This document shows positions 52,942-61,667 of a DNA stretch of 64,000 bases, in pieces. The notes below the pieces were generated by a model that was given only the letters and a program-made list of their open reading frames with translations, did not search any database and was not told the DNA's origin. The DNA lies in the IMG/VR virus record IMGVR_UViG_3300022868_000009, positions 248,001 through 312,000 of that record. One strand, 5' to 3'. Both the position numbers and the translations under genes were made by a program. The first letter of the stretch is position 1. Each line of letters begins with the position of its first letter.

Positions 52942-53219
52942 AATATTTAAAGACATACAACGAATCAAAATATAAACCATCATATACTGCACGCCCAATG
53001 CCAGATAAATATCGGCTTAGATGTGAATATTTAATAGATAAATACGGTAAACTAAATACAAATAATAAAATTACACATTTATCAGAAGAATCAGAAATTT
53101 TACAAATAGATATAAATGATGATTATAGATTAGATATTTTTAAAACTACTGATAAATCGTTACTTAATATGAGAGAATTAGAAATGAAATTACAAGCAAA
53201 AGAATTAGGATTGTTATAG
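52938..53219 (+). CDS. Small dual-tag protein (MKYLKTYNE ... QAKELGLL)
   Basis: Terminal motifs. Confidence 0.75.
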   Translation: MKYLKTYNESKYKPSYTARPMPDKYRLRCEYLIDKYGKLNTNNKITHLSEESEILQIDINDDYRLDIFKTTDKSLLNMRELEMKLQAKELGLL

Positions 53220-53281
53220 ATTTAATGAAAAGGGGAATTTATATTATAATATATTTAATGTATCATAATTTAGCACCTTTT

Positions 53282-53667
53282 TTATAATAATCCCATTTGA
53301 TTTGCCTGTTTAACATTATCGAGTGATATACCAACATTTTTTTCTAACCAATTTTCAATTGTAATATAATTGTATTTTTTATAATCAGGATCTTGTAAAT
53401 TATTTTGTAAATATACCATACTACCCCCAATTAAAATCATAATCTTTAACATTAAATATTTCATAATTTTCTTGAGAAATAGATATCAGAAAATAACTAG
53501 GTCTACCACCAGAATAACGAAAAATATAATCATAATCTATATCAATATTATAAAAATCATCATATAATGAAAATAATACAAAATTAATACATAATATATG
53601 TATACATAATATTAAAACAGATGATATAAAATTATTAGAAAAAATATGTTGTTTTAAGGTATTTTAT
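53282..53667 (-). pseudogene. Decayed dual-tag gene; the residual ORF 53282-53464 ends QANQMGLL
   Basis: ATA-AAA-TAC-CTT-AAA-ACA (ATG>ATA, KYLKT) overlaps the upstream stop; frameshifts in between. Confidence 0.55.
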
Positions 53668-54050
53668 AACAATCCCATTTTTTTCGCAGTTAATATTTTT
53701 TCTATTTCAGAACCTAATAAAAATGCATTTAATTTTATGAGTATAGAATTATCTAAATCATCATATTGTACATTTCTTTCATATTCACTATCTGATAAAT
53801 TATAATAATAAATAATACCGGTTGTATTAATATTACTTTGATAAATGTCAAATTTTAAATCATCTAATTTTATTTTTATTAAATTAGTAGATGTAGATCT
53901 ACCATAAAGATCAGATATTCTATTATTACCATCATTATTTTTTTCACCGTATTTATCTAGTAAATATAAACACCTATTAAATACTTTATCAGGCATTAAA
54001 TAACAATGATTTCTATTAATTTTTTCTAAATATGATTTCAAATATCTCAT
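53664..54050 (-). CDS. Small dual-tag protein (MRYLKSYLE ... TAKKMGLL), paralogue of 52938-53219
   Basis: Shared MPDK...RC.YL.DKYG core. Confidence 0.75.
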   Translation of the reverse strand: MRYLKSYLEKINRNHCYLMPDKVFNRCLYLLDKYGEKNNDGNNRISDLYGRSTSTNLIKIKLDDLKFDIYQSNINTTGIIYYYNLSDSEYERNVQYDDLDNSILIKLNAFLLGSEIEKILTAKKMGLL

Positions 54051-54091
54051 TAATCTTATATATTAAATTTAAATAAGAATATATAAATAAT

Positions 54092-54394
54092 ATGAAATAC
54101 CTTAAAACATATAATGAAAATAAATCATTTAATGATAAAGTTAATATGATTAAAAAAATAGTAGACACCGTTGGTAAAACTGATGATAGAGGTAAAATTT
54201 TAAATTTAAACTATAAATCAAAAGGTTCTAAAACCTATCTTTTAAAAATTCAAGATACATGCTGGATAAGTATTGAGATGATAGGTACAAGATTTTTAAG
54301 AAATTTAGATTCTAGAGTAATTGAATCTATATATAAAGAATTAAAAGAAAAATACCCAGAGTTTTTTATGGGAGATAAATTAGGTATTTTATAA
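54092..54394 (+). CDS. Small dual-tag protein (MKYLKTYNE ... MGDKLGIL)
   Basis: Terminal motifs. Confidence 0.75.
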   Translation: MKYLKTYNENKSFNDKVNMIKKIVDTVGKTDDRGKILNLNYKSKGSKTYLLKIQDTCWISIEMIGTRFLRNLDSRVIESIYKELKEKYPEFFMGDKLGIL

Positions 54395-54900
54395 AATAAA
54401 AGTCTTAAAAAATTTTCCAAAAAAATTTTCCAAAAAAATTTTAGAAACAAAATCCCAGTTTCTAAGTTATACTTTGTAACGGATACCCAAACGTAATTAT
54501 ATTATATATTATATTATATACACTTTTTAAATTTACACTTTCTGACAAATACTTAATATCTACTACAAAACAGTTACTAATTTAAATGAACACTACTTAC
54601 TCTATAAAAACAAACTTACTATTCTGTGATATAAAAAGTACTCTATTTACTATAAAATAGTTAATACCTTATATAGATAATACTTTATTTTAAAATAAAC
54701 TTCTTTATATTATTTAAAATAAACTTCTTCATGACCTCATATATTCACTATATCTATATATGTAGATAGGTGGCCCGTGAGCTATTTTTACTTATTATTA
54801 TTAATCTTAAATTAGGAGGATTTTTATAATCCTTATCTATTATTATTTTTTTGTCATGGATCATTGTGACATCTTTTTTTATTTTTATATTAAGGTTGCT
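54395..54900. other. Non-coding AT-rich region with short repeats at a strand-composition switch; candidate replication origin
   Basis: (aaaaattttccaa) repeats, tttaaaataaacttctt x2; + strand changes from C/A-rich to G/T-rich. Confidence 0.45.
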
Positions 54901-54905
54901 TTCCT

Positions 54906-54913
54906 TATCTTTG
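54906..54913 (+). promoter_or_regulatory. Bacteroidota-type -7 element TATCTTTG
   Basis: TAnnTTTG preceded by ttcct, as in the other copies. Confidence 0.65.
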
Positions 54914-54936
54914 TAATGAATAAAAATTATAATGAG

Positions 54937-55488
54937 ATGGAAAATTATTTTAAAATTGAACATGGAAGAAAGGTTGAGACATACACACCTAAAGATACAT
55001 ATGTATTAACATGGAATGAAAGACATGGTGATGCTGATCAAAGTATGCCTACATCTATGACTATACACAGTATGGATGAGTTATGGTTCATGTTATGGTT
55101 TAGTAAGTGGTTAGATAGATACAGACAGTATAGTGACTTAGATGAGTATAGTAAGGTACTTAATAAGTATAGTAAGGAGTTATTGGGTAGTAGTTGGTAT
55201 ATAACTGATTGGTGTAGTGATGTGTATGATCATGATTGTATATATTCTAGTTGTTATTGTGGTGTGGATGCCATGAAGTTATATTATTATGATGAGCATG
55301 GTGTTAAGTATGAAGAGGAGATTGATGGTAGTACATATATATCTTTAGTGAAGATGGGATATAAGTTAGATTGTTGGTTCATTGATAAGTATCCACATAT
55401 AGCTAATGAGTTACAGGGTATGATATGTGATGCTGCATTGGAAGATAAGAAGGATGTTATTGAGGCTAATAAAATGGGGTTGATATGA
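54937..55488 (+). CDS. Early protein with C-terminal EANKMGLI tag; related to 59584-60093
   Basis: GDAD and LYYYDEHGVK motifs; start placed downstream of the promoter (54916 also possible). Confidence 0.7.
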   Translation: MENYFKIEHGRKVETYTPKDTYVLTWNERHGDADQSMPTSMTIHSMDELWFMLWFSKWLDRYRQYSDLDEYSKVLNKYSKELLGSSWYITDWCSDVYDHDCIYSSCYCGVDAMKLYYYDEHGVKYEEEIDGSTYISLVKMGYKLDCWFIDKYPHIANELQGMICDAALEDKKDVIEANKMGLI

Positions 55489-55817
55489 TAGATAAGAATA
55501 TAGTTATAGTATCGTATAGTAAAGAGGAGTTTAATTATGTATTGAATCTATTTAAATCTAGGGAGTTCAGTAGGTCTACGATTGATTCGTATCTACGTTA
55601 CGTTAATGATGATGGTCATTATAATGATTATGTATATCCTATTGCATTAATTGTGAGGTTTAAATTAATGTCAGCAACGTGGCAGTATAAAGATATGTGG
55701 GATCATATTAATGATTTATTAGATAGGGGTGAGGTTGATAGTGTTATTGATTGTAAAGATTTCAAAGAGATGGGTGGTGATAATTATATTGAAGGTATTA
55801 AATTAGGTTTACTTTAA
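55485..55817 (+). CDS. Small tag protein (...EGIKLGLL)
   Basis: C-terminal motif. Confidence 0.75.
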   Translation: MIDKNIVIVSYSKEEFNYVLNLFKSREFSRSTIDSYLRYVNDDGHYNDYVYPIALIVRFKLMSATWQYKDMWDHINDLLDRGEVDSVIDCKDFKEMGGDNYIEGIKLGLL

Positions 55818-55846
55818 AGTTTAGAAGGTATTCCTTATCTTTGTAT
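55815..55846 (+). promoter_or_regulatory. Repeated early promoter taaagtttagaaggtattccttatctttgtat
   Basis: Near-identical copies at 58048, 58798 and 63287; contains TATCTTTG. Confidence 0.75.
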
Positions 55847-55889
55847 TGAATATAATTTAAAGAATAGAAAATGATAAAAGGAATAAGTA

Positions 55890-56207
55890 ATGACATATAA
55901 GGTATTGATTAAGGTTCGTAATGAATCTGAATGGATATCATGTTGTGATATGTTGTATAGTCATGGTTATCGATGGCAAGACAATTGTATGGACTCAAAG
56001 AAGATACATGGATATAAGTTGATAAGTGAAGGTGATATATATTTAGTTATATATAATCATACTGACCCTCATCATCATGATGATCGTTTATTTTATAATA
56101 CTAATGTTAATGTTGATATTTATGGGCCGGATGTTATTATAATTAATTATGTTGAAGGTATGGATTTACATGAGATAATAGAAGTTAATAAATTGGGATT
56201 AATATGA
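55890..56207 (+). CDS. Small tag protein (...EVNKLGLI)
   Basis: KVRNESEW.SCC.MLYSHGY.W core. Confidence 0.75.
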   Translation: MTYKVLIKVRNESEWISCCDMLYSHGYRWQDNCMDSKKIHGYKLISEGDIYLVIYNHTDPHHHDDRLFYNTNVNVDIYGPDVIIINYVEGMDLHEIIEVNKLGLI

Positions 56208-56539
56208 TAGTATTTAGTAAAGATATAAAGAAAATAAATATTAAGGTTCGTAATGAATCTGAATGGGTATCATGTTGCAATATGTTGTATAGTCATGGTT
56301 ATCATTGGAATGTTGAGTCTGATTTTATGGAGATATATTCTGAATGTTTAGAAACTGCTAAGGAATATATTAAGACTTATGCAATAAATGATGGTATATA
56401 TTTAGTTGTTTATAATGATAATAGTGGACGGTTATATTATAATTATAAATATAAGACTGATGGTATAATAAATCTTGATTGGTATGATGGTATGGATTTA
56501 CATGAGATAAATGAAGCTAATAAATTGGGGTTAATATGA
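56204..56539 (+). CDS. Small tag protein (...EANKLGLI); recent paralogue of 55890-56207
   Basis: Near-identical DNA over the KVRNESEW...GY segment and the GMDLHEI tail. Confidence 0.75.
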   Translation: MIVFSKDIKKINIKVRNESEWVSCCNMLYSHGYHWNVESDFMEIYSECLETAKEYIKTYAINDGIYLVVYNDNSGRLYYNYKYKTDGIINLDWYDGMDLHEINEANKLGLI

Positions 56540-56841
56540 AAGAGAAGATATACATAATATTAAATAATATAGATGATTGGATTAATTGTTGTAATCAATT
56601 AGACAATGAGGGATATTTTTGGGCAAGAAGTAGTGACTCATATAAAGATAAATATCATAAATGTAAAACTTTCGGTAATCCTGAAAATTATATAGTAATA
56701 GGTCATAATGAGTATGATGATAATCGTTTATATTATGGTAATATATATAATGATAAGAAGTTTGATGGTATTATTTTATATTGGGATGCTGATGTAGATT
56801 TAGAAAGTTATTTTGCAGGTTTAAAAATGGGATTATTATAA
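56536..56841 (+). CDS. Small tag protein (...AGLKMGLL)
   Basis: CC.QL..EGYFW core plus tag. Confidence 0.75.
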   Translation: MKEKIYIILNNIDDWINCCNQLDNEGYFWARSSDSYKDKYHKCKTFGNPENYIVIGHNEYDDNRLYYGNIYNDKKFDGIILYWDADVDLESYFAGLKMGLL

Positions 56842-56951
56842 TAATATTTTCATGTTTGACCAGGGAGAATTTAGGTTGGAGGAAAGGGGATATTTTTATT
56901 TGGTGAAGGTTTGTTGTGTATTTGTGTATAAATTAAAATGTAAAAAAGATT

Positions 56952-57332
56952 ATGATAAAATGGATTAATATAAGGCTGGAAGGTTATGGTAAAGGTAAAG
57001 GTAAAGGTAAAGGTAAGAAGAAACTGAATAAGATGGTTATGCGTAAATTGTTACATCAAATTGATTGTAAGGTTGGTTTTCGTATTAAGGATGGTGGATG
57101 GAAACCAGTTTTAAATAGTTTAAAAGAATATAAGCATTATAAATATATATGGATTGCTATATGTCCTTTTGGTAAAGATATGGCTGCGGATTATCATGAA
57201 AATAAAGAAGAATGGGAGAGTTATAAAGACGGTATTGAGGCGGATGAAGCTGAGGTATGGTTGAGTTGGGAAGAGTTTATGGATTTAGATATTCAGATGA
57301 TTGTTAATGGTTCTAAAATGAATTTATTATGA
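56952..57332 (+). CDS. Small tag protein (...NGSKMNLL) with a (GK)5 microsatellite
   Basis: ggtaaa repeats at ~56988-57017. Confidence 0.7.
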   Translation: MIKWINIRLEGYGKGKGKGKGKKKLNKMVMRKLLHQIDCKVGFRIKDGGWKPVLNSLKEYKHYKYIWIAICPFGKDMAADYHENKEEWESYKDGIEADEAEVWLSWEEFMDLDIQMIVNGSKMNLL

Positions 57333-57721
57333 AAGATATAAAGTGGATAAATATAATGTTAGACTGGGATAAGTTTAAGTGGGAACAATTCCATGATGTT
57401 GTTGATTATTATAAAGAGTTATTTCCTAAATTAGATTGGACAACTGTTCAAACTGAGATACAGATACATGATAAAATTCGAAATGAATCTGTTTTTGATA
57501 TTTTAGGTTTATCTATATGTTTGGAACATGATAGTAATGATTTTAATATTAATAATTGTGAAAATACTATAAATAATTGGCATCCTGTTATATTTAAGTA
57601 TGGTATTGGTGATGATTTATATGACAAGCAAACTGGTATTGAAATAATTGTTAAATATAGTAAAGATTTCCGTGAAGAGATTGAGTTTTATTTAGAGGGT
57701 TCTAAAATGGGTTTATTATGA
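57329..57721 (+). CDS. Small tag protein (...EGSKMGLL)
   Basis: C-terminal motif; IKWINI shared with the previous gene. Confidence 0.75.
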   Translation: MKDIKWINIMLDWDKFKWEQFHDVVDYYKELFPKLDWTTVQTEIQIHDKIRNESVFDILGLSICLEHDSNDFNINNCENTINNWHPVIFKYGIGDDLYDKQTGIEIIVKYSKDFREEIEFYLEGSKMGLL

Positions 57722-58050
57722 AAAAAACAATAATATTTTTACATAACAATAAGGATTTGGGCAACTTGTTCATGTATTTACATGTTATTGGATGCAAATG
57801 GTCTAGTGGTAGACCTATTATAATAGATAGTGAAATACAAAGATTTAATTTATCTTGTTCTAGATCTAAATCTGTTGCAATTATCGTTGATGATGGTAGT
57901 CTTACTTATGTATCAAATAAGAAAGATATTGTTTATAGTTATATATCTGGTGATAAATTTAAATATTATGATCATTATGAGTATGTAGATTTTGATAAGG
58001 AGTTTGATATTGATGTAACTATTAATGGTAATAAGATGGGATTACTTTAA
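57718..58050 (+). CDS. Small tag protein (...NGNKMGLL)
   Basis: YLH.IG.KW...YDHYEY core. Confidence 0.75.
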   Translation: MKKTIIFLHNNKDLGNLFMYLHVIGCKWSSGRPIIIDSEIQRFNLSCSRSKSVAIIVDDGSLTYVSNKKDIVYSYISGDKFKYYDHYEYVDFDKEFDIDVTINGNKMGLL

Positions 58051-58080
58051 AGTTTAGAAGGTATTCCGTGTCTTTGTATT
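58048..58080 (+). promoter_or_regulatory. Repeated early promoter copy (TGTCTTTG variant)
   Basis: taaagtttagaaggtattccgtgtctttgtatt. Confidence 0.65.
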
Positions 58081-58102
58081 ATAATTAAAGGAGGAAACAA
58101 AA

Positions 58103-58438
58103 ATGAAAATGATAATATATGCACATAATGACGAAGATATTTATAAGTTATCAACTTATTTACATTATATTGGAATTAAATGGCAAACTGAAATTTTTAT
58201 TATGAATGATGGTGAAATGACAATAGATTGTAATAGAGCTGAATCTAAATCTATTGCATTTTGTGTTAAAAATAATCGTGTGTCATATATGAATGATGGT
58301 GGTTCTTTTGGTGGTGATGTTTATAATTTTTTCAAAAGGCAACCATATGAATGTTATGACCATTATGAGTATATTGAATTTGATAAGGAGTTTGGTGTTG
58401 ATATGGTTTTAGAATCAATAAAGATGGGTTTATTATGA
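58103..58438 (+). CDS. Small tag protein (...ESIKMGLL)
   Basis: Paralogue of 57718 and 58435; AAGGAGG upstream. Confidence 0.75.
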   Translation: MKMIIYAHNDEDIYKLSTYLHYIGIKWQTEIFIMNDGEMTIDCNRAESKSIAFCVKNNRVSYMNDGGSFGGDVYNFFKRQPYECYDHYEYIEFDKEFGVDMVLESIKMGLL

Positions 58439-58800
58439 AAAAAACAATAATATATGTACATAGTGATGAGGATATGATTAATTTATTAAGTTATTTACAT
58501 TTTGTTGGAGTTACATGGCATGGCTCTGCTATTATAAAAGATGATGATAGTTCCGATAATTTTTTTAATGCCGATGCCAGATATATAGATATTAGTTGTA
58601 AAAAAACGGGAACTGTTGGATTTTGTATTGATCAAGATGATTATATTACATATATGGATGATGGTACTTTTAAAGGCGAGAATGTTTATGAATATTTCGG
58701 TAGAGATTTTATGGAGTATGATCATTATGAGTATGATGAATATGTTGAAAAGTTTGATATTGAACCACTCATAAATGGAATAAAGATGGGTTTACTTTAA
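58435..58800 (+). CDS. Small tag protein (...NGIKMGLL)
   Basis: Paralogue of 57718 and 58103. Confidence 0.75.
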   Translation: MKKTIIYVHSDEDMINLLSYLHFVGVTWHGSAIIKDDDSSDNFFNADARYIDISCKKTGTVGFCIDQDDYITYMDDGTFKGENVYEYFGRDFMEYDHYEYDEYVEKFDIEPLINGIKMGLL

Positions 58801-58830
58801 AGTTTAGAAGGTATTCCGTATCTTTGTATT
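58798..58830 (+). promoter_or_regulatory. Repeated early promoter copy
   Basis: taaagtttagaaggtattccgtatctttgtatt. Confidence 0.75.
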
Positions 58831-58852
58831 ATAATTAAAAAGGAGAAGAAAA

Positions 58853-59107
58853 ATGAAAAAGAAACAAAATAAAAAAGAAGAGAGTAAATATCAATACAGA
58901 AGTGATACTGCTGTTAGGGTTGAAGAAACTGAATATAGTGTAAATGAGTATGACGAATGGGATCGCATAGTATTTTATTTATGGAAGAAGAGTGGTTATT
59001 GGTCTGTGAATGTTTTTGCTCCTGTAACTGATGGTAAAAGGGTTTCATTAGAACCTTTACAAGTAATTCATAAGTATTGGACATCTTATAATAAATTATC
59101 AATATGA
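58853..59107 (+). CDS. Hypothetical early protein
   Basis: Behind a promoter and AGGAG. Confidence 0.6.
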   Translation: MKKKQNKKEESKYQYRSDTAVRVEETEYSVNEYDEWDRIVFYLWKKSGYWSVNVFAPVTDGKRVSLEPLQVIHKYWTSYNKLSI

Positions 59108-59370
59108 AAAGATTAAATATATTTGTAAGAAGTGGATTACAGCAAACGTTGTTTCTACATTATTTATATACTAATGGTTATAGTTATAAAGATAGAAAGG
59201 ATCTTTATTGGAAATTTACTAATGGTTCAGGTGCTATTGTGGTTAATGTAATTGATAAAATAATATTAGGTGGTAACACAGGTTGGTTTGCAACACAATC
59301 ACATATGAATGTAAAAGAATTTGTTGATAAGGCGTGGGAATTTGAAAGTATGAGGATTGGTGTATTATGA
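59104..59370 (+). CDS. Small tag protein, divergent tag (...ESMRIGVL)
   Basis: LY.NGY core plus tag variant. Confidence 0.65.
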   Translation: MKRLNIFVRSGLQQTLFLHYLYTNGYSYKDRKDLYWKFTNGSGAIVVNVIDKIILGGNTGWFATQSHMNVKEFVDKAWEFESMRIGVL

Positions 59371-59414
59371 TTAAGGAATATCATATATGTATTATAAATA
59401 AAAAGGAGAAAAAA

Positions 59415-59606
59415 ATGCTAACAATATTAACAATATTATTAATATGGAATCAATTTAGTGGTTGGTTTAGAAAGATGTTTTGTAAAATTGGTTTACACAC
59501 ATGGATTAAAGTCTATTCACATAATGAAAAAGGTTGGCATATAAAGGAAAAGAAATGTAGAATATGTAATAAGGAGGTAAAAAATGATAAAAATAATAGA
59601 AAATAA
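59415..59606 (+). CDS. Small protein with C-x3-H...C-x2-C motif (DUF1660-like)
   Basis: FCKIGLHTW...CRIC; AGGAG before ATG 59415. Confidence 0.55.
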   Translation: MLTILTILLIWNQFSGWFRKMFCKIGLHTWIKVYSHNEKGWHIKEKKCRICNKEVKNDKNNRK

Positions 59607-60093
59607 AACACAAACTAAAAGAATTGAACCTTATTATAGGTTAAAATTTAGTTACATGATTGGTGATGCTGATGGTGACACTACAGAGAAGATTGATATT
59701 CCTCTTAACAATCCATATGTCGAAAGAGTTGTTGATGTTTTAAATAATTGTGATACACCTAAAGGTCATTGGGGTATGATATTAGACTCTGAACATTTCA
59801 CTAAGTTATTGAATCAGGGTAAAATGACACAGAGTGATTATAATTTTTGTAAAGTGGTTGTATTTGGTGATGACATTGATGAACACATGGAAGAGTTTTT
59901 CAGCAAGGAAAGAATTGAGGCTGACAAATTAAAATTATTGGAGATAACTGGCGATGAAAAATCATACGCTTATGAATTTGAAGAGGCTTGTATTACTTCG
60001 ATTGGACATAGTTTCGCAGTTTTTGAAGGTATTGATTTATATTATATTGATGAATATGGAGTAAAACATGAGACCAAAATAGTTGATGATTAA
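59584..60093 (+). CDS. Early protein related to 54937-55488 but lacking the tag
   Basis: IGDADG, LYYIDEYGVKHE. Confidence 0.7.
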   Translation: MIKIIENKTQTKRIEPYYRLKFSYMIGDADGDTTEKIDIPLNNPYVERVVDVLNNCDTPKGHWGMILDSEHFTKLLNQGKMTQSDYNFCKVVVFGDDIDEHMEEFFSKERIEADKLKLLEITGDEKSYAYEFEEACITSIGHSFAVFEGIDLYYIDEYGVKHETKIVDD

Positions 60094-60110
60094 AACATTA
60101 AAATGGTAAG

Positions 60111-60140
60111 GAATTTCAGAAGGAGTTCCTTATCTTTGTA
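60111..60140 (+). promoter_or_regulatory. Early promoter copy
   Basis: tttcagaaggagttccttatctttgta. Confidence 0.65.
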
Positions 60141-60167
60141 TTAATATTAATTTAAAGAAGAAATAAA

Positions 60168-60395
60168 ATGATAAAATATAAAATAACAGATGAAAAAATT
60201 GAAGTAGGCGACATTGTTGCTTATGGAATAACATGGAGAGAGAAACGTGTAAGAAAGCACGGTTATGTACTTGGTGTTTGGGAAGAATATTGGGATGAGG
60301 ATTCACAGAAGTTTAGAAATAAGGTTGAATGTGTTGATAAAGATAATCATATAATTCGTAGTGAAGAATGGTTAAAAAAGGTGGTATTGATATGA
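60168..60395 (+). CDS. Hypothetical early protein
   Basis: 75 aa; IEVGDIV SH3-like start. Confidence 0.55.
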   Translation: MIKYKITDEKIEVGDIVAYGITWREKRVRKHGYVLGVWEEYWDEDSQKFRNKVECVDKDNHIIRSEEWLKKVVLI

Positions 60396-60697
60396 TAAAA
60401 CGATATTATAAAATAGGAATAGATATTCCTGATAATAAATTTGTTAAGTTGATATCAGATCATTTATATTCTTTGGGTTATAAATGGTGTAGTGATTTTA
60501 GAGACGAATCTTTTTATGATAAAGTAACGAATGAATGTATAAGAAGTAATGTGCGTGGTATTGGTGTTGAATGTAATGGTCGCATGAGTTACAATGTTGT
60601 TAAAAATCAAACTGAAAAGTGGTATTCTCTTGAAGAATATGTAATAAAATATGATTTAGTGATTGAATATGAAGGATTAAAAATGGGTTTATTATGA
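60392..60697 (+). CDS. Small tag protein (...EGLKMGLL)
   Basis: LYSLGYKW core; ATGA overlap start at 60392. Confidence 0.75.
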   Translation: MIKRYYKIGIDIPDNKFVKLISDHLYSLGYKWCSDFRDESFYDKVTNECIRSNVRGIGVECNGRMSYNVVKNQTEKWYSLEEYVIKYDLVIEYEGLKMGLL

Positions 60698-60801
60698 GAA
60701 AGAGAAAACGAATCAAGGAAAATATTGACTATTTGTTATTTGGAATGGATTGTGCATTGATAGTATTATTTGTATTATTCATAGTATTAATTATAATTTA
60801 G
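60694..60801 (+). CDS. 35-aa single-pass membrane peptide (below the ORF-track cutoff)
   Basis: MRKRKRIKENIDYLLFGMDCALIVLFVLFIVLIII; ATGA overlap with the upstream gene. Confidence 0.55.
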   Translation: MRKRKRIKENIDYLLFGMDCALIVLFVLFIVLIII

Positions 60802-60810
60802 GAGGAAAAA

Positions 60811-61161
60811 ATGAGAAAAATATATTTAGCAACAAATTATTTCACAGCGTTAACCCCGCTTGATGATGATAACAATTTATTAAAATTAGAAAGAGGTAAA
60901 GATCCTGTTATTATTTGTACCCTTGAGAAATATCTGGAAGATGTTGATAACACAATAATCACAGGTAACATATTAAGATTAGAAATAATTGCAAAAACAG
61001 ATGATGGTTGGATAATTGAACAAGAATTTATAACACCGGGAATGTTAGAGAGTTTGAATTGTAGAAAGATAAGTCTTGACTCACAATTTATTGAAACTTT
61101 AAATCGAAGCCAGAAAGTGGCTTTAGAGTTAAAGAATATAAATGAAAAATTGTCAAGGTAA
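60811..61161 (+). CDS. Hypothetical early protein
   Basis: AGGAGG upstream. Confidence 0.6.
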   Translation: MRKIYLATNYFTALTPLDDDNNLLKLERGKDPVIICTLEKYLEDVDNTIITGNILRLEIIAKTDDGWIIEQEFITPGMLESLNCRKISLDSQFIETLNRSQKVALELKNINEKLSR

Positions 61162-61329
61162 ATTTTTTTATTAAGTAGAATCACCGTATATTTGTATTAT
61201 ACAATTGAGAAGATAGAAAAAGAAGAGAAATAAACAGAATGATTTTTTAATTCAGAATAAAGTTCTTATCTTTGTATAGACAAAAACAAGTAAACATAAT
61301 ATTAATTAATTTAAAAAACGAAAAACAAA

Positions 61330-61644
61330 ATGGCAAACAAAAAAGATTTAACAAACGCAATTGCAATAGCTACAGGCAAAACAAAAAAAGATAGCAAAGA
61401 ATTAGTAAACGTCATAATGGCATCTATTAAATCTGAATTAAGTAACGGTGAAGGTTCTATCGTAAAATTAGTAAACTTTGGAACATTTAAAGTAGTTAAT
61501 CGAAAAGCAAGAAAAGGAAGAAATCCAAGGACTGGTGAATCAATTGATATCCCTGCAAAGAATGTAGTTAGATTCAAAGCTGGTAAAGGTCTTAAAGAAG
61601 CGGTTGATTATACTGCTGAAGAAAGAGAAGAATTAGGAATATAA
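61330..61644 (+). CDS. hup: HU/IHF-family DNA-binding protein
   Basis: NKKDL..AIA...VKLVNFGTFKV..RKARKGRNPRTGE.I.IPAK.VVRFKAGK.LKEAV. Confidence 0.95.
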   Translation: MANKKDLTNAIAIATGKTKKDSKELVNVIMASIKSELSNGEGSIVKLVNFGTFKVVNRKARKGRNPRTGESIDIPAKNVVRFKAGKGLKEAVDYTAEEREELGI

Positions 61645-61667
61645 GAAATAAAACTCCTGAAATATCG

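Noticed and set aside
55890-58800. Diversity-generating retroelement TR/VR pairs
   Set aside because: No reverse transcriptase in the window; the paralogue differences include indels and are not adenine-specific.
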